Of a stretch of DNA of 64,000 nt, positions 11,694 to 22,143 are shown piece by piece. A program made the position numbers and the translations under genes. This DNA is from Squalus acanthias. Lineage: Eukaryota. The stretch is from positions 372,001 to 436,000 of the forward strand of contig JASTWF010000367.1 in NCBI GenBank assembly GCA_030390025.1, in the 5' to 3' direction. A model generated the notes under the pieces. That model saw nothing but the letters and a program-made list of their open reading frames with translations, searched no databases and was not told the DNA's origin. Position 1 is the stretch's first letter. Each line of letters begins with the position of its first letter.

Positions 11694-13868
11694 ATGACAA
11701 GGTTTCTGCTCCTGCTCGCCCTGGTAGGGGTGAACATCGGTGACCGAGGTGACGTGGAGGACTCCCACATCTATGGGTGCTCAGGAGTGAGAGCACCAGT
11801 CGTCACCGCAGGGCGTGGCGAGCGGGGAGTGGAGGAGCTCGCCATCTACTTCCACGAGGGAAGGTGGCCAGGGTGGCTGGGGTCCAACTCTACTAAATAC
11901 TACAACCAGCCCGGATTCACGTACGGGGAGGCCTCCCTCCCATTTCCCAGAATACAGGTCGTTGCCACAAGGGTCAGTGTCACCGAGGGGAAGCGTGTGT
12001 GCCTTACCTGTAAGGGACGAATTCCCCTGAATAGGTGGTGGTGGCGCAGGAAGCTGAGCAGGGACGTAGGGGACCATACAGCCGACTGGGAAAGATTAGG
12101 GAACGACACCCACCGGACAATCACAGGGACCCAAGGAGGAGTGAGTGTTTGTTGGGATAAGTGGTGGGAGTCGGAACAGGGAGTCTATGTTTGTATGTGG
12201 GGATCAGAGGAAGCCTGCCCCACAGGGGTATTCATCAACTTCTCCAGCCAATGGCAAGATGCCGGGGAGGGGATAGGGTGGGATTCTAGCCTGCATGGGT
12301 GCGTGGTCCCACACATTCCGGTCCCAGTTAATGCCACTGAACTCGTGGCACACACCCGAAAGCCCCTACCCACGACCCATGTACCGAAAACTCTGGAAGA
12401 AAAGTGCCCTACCAACACTAAGGGACCAGGGAATGGGTTAGTCCTAGTACCAACCGAAAAGAAACTATACCAGGGGGTACACTATGCAGTACCTTCAGTA
12501 CTATTAAACCTTACCGAGGTATACTTACCTGAGTGGTGTCCTAAGGAGATGGAGCAGCTGTACCAAGCCCTGCTAAAGGAAATGTTTAGAACATTTTACG
12601 AATTTGATTTTGCCAATATAGACAAAGTAGAACTATACAGAATACCCCCTGAGAACCCTATGGGCACGGATAGACAAAGAAGGGGAGCCTGGAATGATGT
12701 CTTCACTGCCTATAGTACAGGGTACTCTGTAATAAATAGCCTGGATGGCATGGAATTACAGACACAGATAAATGGTTTAAAAACCCAGTTAAAAAAGATC
12801 CTGAAGGATTGGAACACAGTGGTAGGCTCAGAGCTACATGAGGACCAAGCTATGACGGTTCATTTAAAGGAAATTATTGCAGAATTGGAAAGGCATGCCA
12901 AAACAGTAAATGCACTCATACGGGAGGATAGGAATGCATCGGATCAGGCTGCACAGAATGAGGTGTTTGTGCTGTACGGGGCATGGTTGCTGGGCGAGGG
13001 TCGTAGCAACCTGGAGGATATAAAGGAAGGTTTAGTCCCCTCCTGGATCAGCAACAAGCACCTTGCAGCCCTCCACCCGTTTAGTAATTCGCTGAGCCCA
13101 TGCCAATTTCGTCTAGCCTCTAAAGCCTACCCTGTCCCAATAGATTGTGGGCGTTCAAATCACACTATCATGGGGATAGTAGTGAGAATGCCGGTCATGA
13201 GTGGGACAGCCCGTCCCGTACCGGTATACAGTGTGGAGAACATTGGAGTCATTCAAGGGGGTGCACACATCCGTTTTACAGCGGTCCCTCCTTATGTCAT
13301 AAAGTGGGAGCACGCCATGACAGGTACTGACCTCTCCGGGTGCCGGAGCCGGGGTTCACACATAATACTGTGTCCCCAGCACTTGAACGCCTATTCTAAA
13401 CCACAGTGCGGGTTTAAAGCTGCTGGCGCACGACCTATAAACTGTACCATGGAGGTGATGGCACACGGCCATGTTTCCCCACAGGTAGCATATATATGGG
13501 GTGGGACATATTGTGTCTACACAGGTGCGTCCCACTACCAGCATGGACATTTCTGGTGTCCGGTAAGTGACAGCAGTTTCTGCTTTAAACCCGAGGCAGA
13601 AGTTCAAGTGGCCCAAGAACGGATTGTCCCCATTCCTGAACCCTCCACTGTTCACCTCACTGTAACAGAAAACATCACCAACCCGCAAAAGTATGTGACT
13701 TACTTTGGATATAAAATTCCCCCTCTACCCGAACATCTTACCATCCTACCTAAAGCTGTAGAGATTTCACAAACACATTTCTACACCCTGGAACAGAAAA
13801 TAGTTGAAATAGGGGCAGAGATTTTAGATATAGTAGTTCCACCCTGGTGGGATATTTTCGAGAATTAG
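11694..13868 (+). CDS. env: Envelope glycoprotein: signal peptide, Ig-like domain, Pro/Thr hinge, F-type class I fusion ectodomain (724 aa, no TM in frame)
   Basis: ATG 11694 follows acceptor cccctacag (11680); signal MTRFLLLLALVGVNIG; furin site RQRR 12672-12683 then GAWNDVFTAYSTGYS; heptad repeats; Cys-rich region; several N-X-S/T sites; Trp-rich PPWWDIF just before the stop. Confidence 0.88.
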   Translation: MTRFLLLLALVGVNIGDRGDVEDSHIYGCSGVRAPVVTAGRGERGVEELAIYFHEGRWPGWLGSNSTKYYNQPGFTYGEASLPFPRIQVVATRVSVTEGKRVCLTCKGRIPLNRWWWRRKLSRDVGDHTADWERLGNDTHRTITGTQGGVSVCWDKWWESEQGVYVCMWGSEEACPTGVFINFSSQWQDAGEGIGWDSSLHGCVVPHIPVPVNATELVAHTRKPLPTTHVPKTLEEKCPTNTKGPGNGLVLVPTEKKLYQGVHYAVPSVLLNLTEVYLPEWCPKEMEQLYQALLKEMFRTFYEFDFANIDKVELYRIPPENPMGTDRQRRGAWNDVFTAYSTGYSVINSLDGMELQTQINGLKTQLKKILKDWNTVVGSELHEDQAMTVHLKEIIAELERHAKTVNALIREDRNASDQAAQNEVFVLYGAWLLGEGRSNLEDIKEGLVPSWISNKHLAALHPFSNSLSPCQFRLASKAYPVPIDCGRSNHTIMGIVVRMPVMSGTARPVPVYSVENIGVIQGGAHIRFTAVPPYVIKWEHAMTGTDLSGCRSRGSHIILCPQHLNAYSKPQCGFKAAGARPINCTMEVMAHGHVSPQVAYIWGGTYCVYTGASHYQHGHFWCPVSDSSFCFKPEAEVQVAQERIVPIPEPSTVHLTVTENITNPQKYVTYFGYKIPPLPEHLTILPKAVEISQTHFYTLEQKIVEIGAEILDIVVPPWWDIFEN

Positions 13869-14032
13869 AGGTGCCTTCCTGGATCAGGATGACTTCCCAT
13901 CTTTTGGTGGGCTGCCAGCTCGGGATAGTTCTCTACCTGCTGTATACAAAGTGCAGGGGAAGGGACGGGGAGTTCCGTTCCAGACACGAAGGGACTTGGG
14001 AAGTGCATCAAAATAAAGACTATGGCCAGTGA
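13865..14032 (+). other. Out-of-frame env transmembrane anchor and cytoplasmic tail
   Basis: LEVPSWIRMTSHLLVGCQLGIVLYLLYTKCRGR in a different frame; adding one T at gagaattagag restores ...IFENLEVPSW... Confidence 0.7.
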
Positions 14033-14317
14033 TGGAACGAACCTTGAATTTTGTCTTTTAATAACAAAATTTGTATGTGTGTTGTGTCATTTTTATAACG
14101 TGTATGATGTGTTTTCCAAGCTGTGCAGGGGTGTCGGACCCTCTCCGTGCTTGGATGTGAAATAAAGATTGATTCTTACCTGTATGTACCTGAAACACCA
14201 CTTTCAAAAGGGGAATGTATGTTTGGGTTTTTAGTTTAGGTACTACAGGGGAAGGTTGGTTTTCGGGGATCGGAAATTTTGCTTACCTGTTAATGATAGT
14301 AATTCAGTTTTAGCATC

Positions 14318-14328
14318 AAAGTGGGGGA
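14318..14328 (+). promoter_or_regulatory. Polypurine tract
   Basis: aaagtggggga immediately precedes the TGT of the 3' LTR. Confidence 0.85.
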
Positions 14329-15514
14329 TGTAGGCTTCGCAAAATCCCCCAGAAACTGGAACAGAGCCCTAAAGGGAGTGATTTTTGGACTTTTCATACA
14401 AACTTGTGATGATGGGGCCTAAGTGAAGTGAGTTGATGTAAAAACCTGAAGATCAGGGAAGGAAAAACCTGAGGAAACTTTTTTTTGAATCTTACTGTTG
14501 GGAGAGACACCTTTTCACAGACACAAGCTGCGAGGGGCGTGGGCGGTCAGTGAACAGATCAAGCTGTCTGGGAATTGTTTACACTACAAATCCTACCCAG
14601 GTGCAAGAGACAAAGCAAAAACTCACAAACACATTCAAATATGAATCCCCAGGGGCAAACAAGATGCTAGAAATCTAAAAACGATTCAATGACAATAAAA
14701 ATTCGATCACACAGTTTCATAGACATTATCCCATCAAAAAAAACAATCAACCAGGTATCCACAGAACAAATTTAAAAGCCCGCCAACAGACCTAGGACAA
14801 TAGGATGGAGATTTGGCGCGTAGATAAGGCTGTGTTTAAATCGGAATACGATCAAGTCATGTTACACACTGAGCAAAAACCATCGGAACTGGCAAGCCCG
14901 CCAAAAACTAGACAATTGGACTACACAAGATTAATTTGCAATCAAAAGGAATTCGTTTTAGTAAGGGTTTTTTGGGCGCGAAAAAGGAACAGTATAATTT
15001 GAAAGCCTGTGCCTTAATCTCTCTCTCTTTCGGACTGGCTGACGACGCGGACACAGCTCTCTCCCTGCTCCAGCAAAACCTATCACAAGCCACGAAGAAG
15101 AAGGCCAGAAGACCAGCACGCAAGAAACCAGAGCGACTTCCTCAGTGACCATCAGACACCTCGCAGCAACAAGGGCCTTGTGGAGTCTTTTTAAACAAAA
15201 GACTCTAATATCCTGTCAAGGATTCGTTGGTGAGCATTATCCCTGATCTCCTGAAACCAACAACCGAGCCAGATAGTGGGATCTTTGGGAGGATAAGGTT
15301 TTGTTTTATATATTGTAATTTCCCTCGCTTGTACCGTGTGTTCCCCGAATCTGTGTTTAAGTAATAAGTGTGTTTCAAGTTTGTTACCTTTTTCTTTTAA
15401 TAAAGTAAAATTCTTTCATCAGAACCTGTTAACTGCAATTTTGTTCACAACCCCTAAATAAGTCCAAAGTCTAGGAACCGGAGGGGTGTGGCAGCGATTA
15501 AGATACCCCTTACA
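14329..15514 (+). repeat. 3' LTR
   Basis: Starts tgtaggcttcgcaaaatccccc, ends gataccccttaca; differs from the 5' LTR by scattered substitutions and several indels. Confidence 0.95.
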
Positions 15515-15990
15515 AGATGCATCTGCGACATGTAAATTGGTGCGGACAATGTCAAGTAGGTTTTCACTCGTGTTGATTCTCTCACCACCTGCCCCAAACC
15601 CAGTCTCGCAGTTACGTCCTTCTGGAAACGGCCAGCTCGGTCACTAGTGGTGCTGCTGAGACAGTTTTGGTTATGGATATTGAAGTCCACCACACAGAGT
15701 ACATTCTATGAGCCTCCTAATCTCAGTGCTTCTTCCAAGTGTTGTTCAACATGAATGAGCACTGATTCATCACTGACAAAGGCCGGTAGGTGGTAATCAG
15801 CATGAGGTTTCCTTGCCCATGAATGACCTGATGGCATGAGACTTCATTAGGTCCGAAGTCAATGTAGAATCCTCCAAGTACAGCACCTTCACGACTGATT
15901 ACCACAGTGTTGGCAACTCTTGGAGGTTTCTCCTGCTGGTGGGACAGCATATTCCCACGGATAGTGATGGAGGAGCCTTGGACGTTTGCT
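15515..15990 (-). mobile_element. LINE endonuclease-domain fragment
   Basis: Minus-strand pieces LITTYRPLS and DFNIHNQ...TTSDRAGR...QVVRESTR..YL resemble an APE endonuclease; cut off exactly at the 3' LTR end. Confidence 0.75.
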
Positions 15991-16320
15991 GCTGGACTAG
16001 GCTTGTGGCAGGAGGTTAGATAACCAACACGAGGATGAAACCTACTTGACCTCGTCCTCACCATCTACCTGTTGCAGATGCATCTGTCCATGACAGCATT
16101 GGGAGCAGTTACCAGCACATAATCCCTGTGGAGATGGAATCCCGTCTTCCCACTGAGGACACCCACCATCGTGTTGCGTGGCACTACCACCGTGCTAAAT
16201 GGGATAGATTCAGAAAAGATCTAGCACCTCAAAGATGGGCTCCGTGAGGCGTGTGGGCCATCAGCAGCAGCAGCATAGTATTCCACCAGAATATGTAAAC
16301 TCATGGCGCGGCAAGGATGC
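15990..16320 (+). mobile_element. LINE endonuclease/linker fragment, same family, opposite orientation
   Basis: caacacgag...aacctacttgac...gcagatgcatct matches the reverse complement of 15515-15605. Confidence 0.7.
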
Positions 16321-16939
16321 CCTTCACAGATGGGACGCCAGCGGGGGGGGGGGGGGTGGGTGAGGGGGGGTGGTGGGGCGAGAGGGGGAGAGTTGCGCTT
16401 TCTGAAGAGCCTCCGCCGCAGAAAATTCTTAGACATCTTACACCTGGTAAAAGTAGGCGTGAGGCCTGCTTTTACCATCATAAGATTTGAAAAATGTTTA
16501 AAAAAATTCACTCATTTAAAAATACTTTAAAAAAGGTAACTTTATTTTTAGCCCCGTAAAAAAACTTTAATTAGTTTTTGCAAAAATTAAATTTATTGTA
16601 ATTTCAAATAGTTTTAAAATGAGATTTTTTTAATTTAATGGTTTACAGTGTTTTTTGTATGATCTCCATTCTGAAATTGAAAGGTCTATCTGTCAAATTT
16701 ATGAAGGGAGTTTCCCTTCGTTGATTGGCTCCCCATGACCCACGTGATCCCAGGGACGCTTGCGAACCGCATGCCCTCCTGTATACGTGGGCCCTGTGCA
16801 TTTCGAGTTAGAGAGGCCCAGGGGCGGAAGTGTCCGGAACTTGGCAGCCCTCAGGTAAGTTCGTAGATTCTCCCCAGATCGGAGGCCTCCGCACGCGGGA
16901 AACCTCCGATCGGAAAGTACGGCCAATTTTGTTTAGTTC

Positions 16940-17870
16940 CTTTCGCAGTTCCGAGGATAATGAAGCCCACATGCAGCGAAACAAGGACAACTTGCAGGTT
17001 TGGGATGATAAATGGCAAGTAACATTCCCGACAGACATGTGCCAGGCAATGACAATCACCAAAAAGAGTGAGTCAAAACAGCTCCCGATGACATTCAACG
17101 GCAATATCATCGTCGTATCTCCCAACATCAATATCATAGCGGCCACCATTGACCAGAGATGTAACTGGACGAGCCACATAAATAATGTGGCTGCAAGAGT
17201 AGGTCAGAGGCTGGGTAGTCGGCGGCGAGTGACTGACCTCCTGACTCCCCAAAGCCTTTCTATCATCTACCAGCCACTAGTCTGGAAACTGGTGGGTCAA
17301 TCTCCAATTGCCAGGATGAGTGCAGCTAGAACAACACTCAAAAAGCTCGAGACCATCCAGGACAAACAGCCCCTTTATTGGCACCCATCCACAACCTTAA
17401 AAGTTCACTCCATCCACCACTGGCGCACCATGGCTGCAGTGTGTACCATCGACAAGATCCACTGCAGCAATTCGCCAAGGCTTCTTCGGCAGCACCTCCG
17501 AAACCCACGACCTCTACCACATAGAAAGACAAGGGCAACAGGTGCATGTTAACATCATCACCTGCAAATGCCTCACCAAGTAGCACATCATCCTGACTTA
17601 TAAATATATCGCCGTACCTTCATAGTCGCTAGGTCAAACACCTGAAACTTCCTTCCTAACAGCACGGTGGGCGTAGCTTCAACAGACTGCAGCGGTTGAA
17701 GCAGGTGATGACACTACTGTAACATTACTGGTAATGACTGAACTTTAACTTTGCCTTTGGTGATACTACTCTAATTTTACTGGTGAGCACTACCACATTT
17801 TCCAGGGGAATTAGGGATGGGCAATAAATGGTGGCCTTGACAGAGACGCCCACATCCCATGAACGAATAC
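16940..17870 (+). mobile_element. LINE RT C-terminus and 3' tail (family also at 48690-49475, 59570-60430, 39770-39975)
   Basis: WDDKWQVTFP..CQAMTI, IDQRCNWTSHIN; tail ttagggatgggcaataaatg shared among copies. Confidence 0.8.
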
Positions 17871-19149
17871 ATGTTAGAATAGGTTCACAAACAATAAAGT
17901 TGGAGGAGGGTCTCCTCCAGTAACGTTAGTGTAGGGTCACCACCAGTAATGTTAGAGTAGGGTCTCATCCAGTAACGTTAGAGTAGAGTCACAACCGGTA
18001 ACGTTAGATTAGAGTCACAACCAGTAAAGTTAGAGTAGAGTCACAATCAATAATGTTGGTGCAGAATCACCACAAGTAACGTTACTGTAGAGTCATCAAC
18101 AGTAAGAAGAGTACTTTCTCCACCAGTAAAATTAGAGTAGGATTACCAAAGGCAAAGTTAAAGTACAGTCATTACCAGTAATGTTAGTGTAGAGTCACTA
18201 CCAGTATTATTAGAGAAGGGGTCATCATCAATAATGTTAGAGTTGGGTCACGGTCAGTAATGTTAGAGTAGGGTCATCACCAGTAATGTTAGAGTTGGGT
18301 CACCATCAGTATGTTACAGTCGGGTCACCACCAGTAATGTTAGAGTTGGGTCACCATCAGTATGTTACAGTAGAGTCACCACCAGTAATGTTAGCCTACG
18401 CTCATTATCAAAAATTTTAGATTAGAATCACCACCAGTAATGTTACAATCGGGTCAGCACCAGTAATGCTAGATTAAGTTCACCATAATTAAAGTTACTG
18501 CAAAATTGCCACCAGTGATGTTAGAGTTGGATCACCACCAGTAATGTTAACGCAGAGTCACCACCACTAGGGTCACCTCCAGCAATCTTAGAGTAGAGTC
18601 ACCACCATTAATGTTAGATTAGTGTCACCACCAGTAATGTTAGAGCAGTGTCACCACCATTAATGTTAGAATAGTGTCACCACCAGTAATGTTAGAGCAG
18701 AGTCACTACCAGTAACGTTAGAGTTCAATCACGATCAGTAATGTTAGAGTGGGCTGACCACCATTAATTTTAGAGTCTGGTCAAAACCAGTACGGTTAAA
18801 TTAGGGTCACTATCAGTAACGTTAGAGTACGGTCACCACGAGTAATGTTAGAGTAATGTCACCATCAGTAATGTTAAATTAGAGGCATCTCCAGTAATGT
18901 TAGAGTTGGGCCACAACCATTATATTAAAGTAGAGTCAACACAAGTAATGTTAGAGCAGCGTCACCATCACTAATGTTAGAGTAGGGTAAGCCTCACTAA
19001 TGTTAGAGTAGATTCCTCACTAGTAATGTTAGTGCAGATTCATCACCAGTAATGTTAGAATAGGGTCACCATCAGTAATTTTAGATTAGAGTCACCACCA
19101 GTAACGTTAAATTCGGGTCACCACCGATTATGTTAGAGCAGAATCAAGT

Positions 19150-19415
19150 AATTCGCACAGAAGAAATCGAAGCAGGAACAGGCTATTCGCTCTTTTCAGC
19201 ATGGCCCGCGATTCAATAAGATCATGGTTGAACTTCCACATCAACTCCAATATTCAGCCTATATCTTCATCCGTTGATTTCCTTTCTATCCAAAATCTAT
19301 CGATTTATCTCTTGAATGTATTCAACGACTGAGCATCCGCAGCTCTCTGTGATAGAGATTTCAAAGGATTCACAAAGCTTTCTGTGAATAAATTTCTCTT
19401 CATCTCAGTCAAAAA
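19150..19415 (-). mobile_element. CR1 3'-tail fragment inside the satellite
   Basis: Similar to 47885-48140 (gaagcaggaacaggctattcg...ttcaataagatcatgg). Confidence 0.65.
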
Positions 19416-19625
19416 GATTAGTGTCAGCTCACCACCGGTAATGTTAGAGTAGGGTTACCACCAGTAATGTTAGATTAGCGTCATCGCCAGTAATTTTTGA
19501 GTATGGTCACCAAAAGTAATGTTAGAATAGGCTCAACACAAGTAATGTTAGAGAGAAGTCATCACCAGTAATGTTATACAGGACTCCTCACCAGTAATAT
19601 TAGAGCAGGGACACCAGCAGTAATA

Positions 19626-20000
19626 TGAAAGCAAAATATTGCGGATGCTGGAAATCTGAAATAAATACAAGAAATGATGGAAACACTGATCAGGTCAGGC
19701 AGCATCTGTAGAAAGAAAAACAGAGTTAACGTTTCAAGTCGATGACCCTTCGTCAGAACTGGAAAAAAAGTTGGAAATAAAAAAGGTTTTTAAGCAAGTG
19801 CAGGGGCAGGGAGAGTGGGGAGGTGAGGAAAGAACAAAAGGGAAGGTCTGTGATCGGAAGGAAAGCAGGGGGGATTAAGAGACAAAATGGATGATGGAGC
19901 AAGACATAAGGACATCGTAATGGGACAAGTTAAGAAACAAATGATGGGTCGAGATGAAGGGTAAATGGCACTGGCAGAATCATTAACTGCTGCCATGTGA
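19626..20000. mobile_element. Interspersed repeat end, possibly Penelope-like, inside the satellite
   Basis: aaagcaaaatattgcggatgctggaaatctgaaata...gcagcatctgt motif; short related piece at ~4480-4515. Family call from memory. Confidence 0.45.
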
Positions 20001-22143
20001 AACTCCACCAGTAATGTTAGATTACGCTCATCACCAGTAATGATAGAGTAGTTTCACCAATAGTAATGTTAAAGTAGGGTCACCACCAGACAGGAGTCCT
20101 CAACATTAAAGCAGGGACACCACCAGTAATGTTAGATTAGGATCATCAGCAGTAATTATAGAGTAGAGTCAGAAAAAGTGATGTTAGAGTAGGGTCACCA
20201 CCAGTAATGTTAGATCAGCGTACTACCAGAAACGTTGGACTAGGGTCAGCACCACTAATGTTAGAGTAGGGTCACCGCCATTAATGTTAGAGTAGAGACA
20301 CATCCAGTAATGTTCGATTATGGGCACCACAAGCAATGGTACAGTAGGGTCTTCAACATTTATGTTAGAGAAGATACTCTATCATTTATGTTAGGTTAGG
20401 GTCACCAGTAGTAATGTTAGTGTAGGGTCACCACAAGATATGTTAGAGTAGGCACACCACCAGCTGGAGTAGGCTCATCATCAGTAATATTAGAGTTGGA
20501 TCACCATCAGTAATGTTAGAGTAGGGTCTTCACCAGTAATACTAGTGTAGAGTCACCATCAGTAATGATAGAGTAGGGTCAGCAACAGTAATGTTAGAGT
20601 AGAGTAATCACCAGTAATGTTAGCGTAGGGTCACCATCAGTAACGTTAAAGTAGGGCTAACACATCTCACGTTAGAGATGAGTCATCACCGGTCATGTAA
20701 GAGTAGGCTTACCACGAGTAATATTAGTGTAGGGTCAACACCAGTAGTTTTGGAGTTGATTCACCACCAGTAATCTTAGAGTATAGTCACCACCTGTAAT
20801 GATAAAGAGGAGTCATCACCAGTATTGTTAGTGTAGGGTCACCAGCAGTATTGTTAGAGTACGGTCACCACCAGTAATGTTAGATTAGGGTCCCCTCCAG
20901 TAATGTTAGTGTAGAGTTAGCACCTGTAATATTAGAGTTGTGTCACCACCAGTAATATTAGAGTAGGGTCACCACCAGTAATATTAGAGTAGAGTCACTA
21001 CCAGAAATATTAGTGTAGGGTCACCGGCAGTTATGTTGGAGTCGGATCACCAGCAGTAATGTTAGAGTAGGGTCACCACCAGTAACGTTACAAAAGGGTC
21101 AACACGAGTATTGTTATTGCAGGGTCATTACCAGTAATGTTAGAGTAGAGTACCACCAATACTGTTAGAGTAGAATCATTACCAGTAATGTTAGAGTTGT
21201 ATCATCATCAGTAATCCTCGCGTACCATCACCACCAATAATATTAGAGTAGCGTCAACACCAGTAATGTTGGAGTAGAGTCACCACCAGTAATATTAGAG
21301 TTGTGTCACTACCAGTAATGTTAGAGTAGGGTCACCACCAATAATGTTAGAGTAGGATCAACACCAGTAATGTTAGAGTAGAGTCAACACCAGTGATGTT
21401 AGTGTCGGGCCACCACCAGTTATGTTCGAGTAGTGTCACCACCATTAATGTTAGAGCAGAGTCACTACCAGTAATGTTAGAGTTGTGTTACCGCCAGTAA
21501 TATTAGAGTAGATTGAACAGCAGTAATGGTAGAGTAAGTGTCTCCACCAGTAATATTAGAGTAGGGTCATCACCAGTAATGTTAGAGTAGAGTCACCACC
21601 AGTAATATTATATTAGTGTTTTCACCAGTAATGTTAGAGTAGGGTCATCAGCAGTCATTCTGGAGTACCGTCAGCGCCAGTAATGTTAGCGTAGAGCTAC
21701 CACCAGTAATTTTAGAGCCGATTCATCAGCAGCCATTATAACAGTACAAAACAAATTTTAATTATGTGATTGATGAGTTAAGATTTCACCAAATTAATAT
21801 GAGGCTCCAAGATCCTAACGCAGAGACCGGGAGGGATGTTCCCTTCAGGGATCACGGGGCATGCGCAGAGCACATTCCCTCTGGGATTACTTTCCGTTCA
21901 TTGATTTTAATGGACGGAGTTTCATGGACTGAGCTGTTCAATTTCCCCAGTGGCGGCCGGGACACACTGAAGGGGAAAATCGCCCCTTGTTTGTTAAGTG
22001 ACTGTAACTAACGCCAATTATTGTGTAACTGGATTGTCTCACCGGGCACGGATTGTTTTATGAATTGGGAGCATTTACGCATTTCAGATACACTGCAGTC
22101 TGAATCGTAAAGCTGGGCAGAATCCACACAAATCTTCAAACAA

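Larger units (their letters stand above)
7164..15514 (+). mobile_element. env-bearing LTR retroelement / endogenous retrovirus-like provirus, defective (lokiretrovirus-like candidate)
   Basis: Two ~1.17-1.19 kb direct repeats with TGT...ACA ends, PBS, gag with CCHC knuckle, DTGA protease, RNase H tail, integrase C-terminal GPY motif, env ORF, polypurine tract. Confidence 0.95.
17900..21720. repeat. 26-bp satellite array (accagtaatgttagagtagggtcacc), interrupted by two retroposon fragments
   Basis: Over 100 degenerate head-to-tail units without unique spacers. Confidence 0.95.

Noticed and set aside
14805..15152. Short ORFs in the LTRs as accessory genes
   Set aside because: Frames are not conserved between the two LTRs and show no recognisable domain.
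17900..21720. CRISPR-like or interstitial telomere array
   Set aside because: No unique spacers, no cas genes, eukaryotic context; unit is 26 bp, not (TTAGGG)n.
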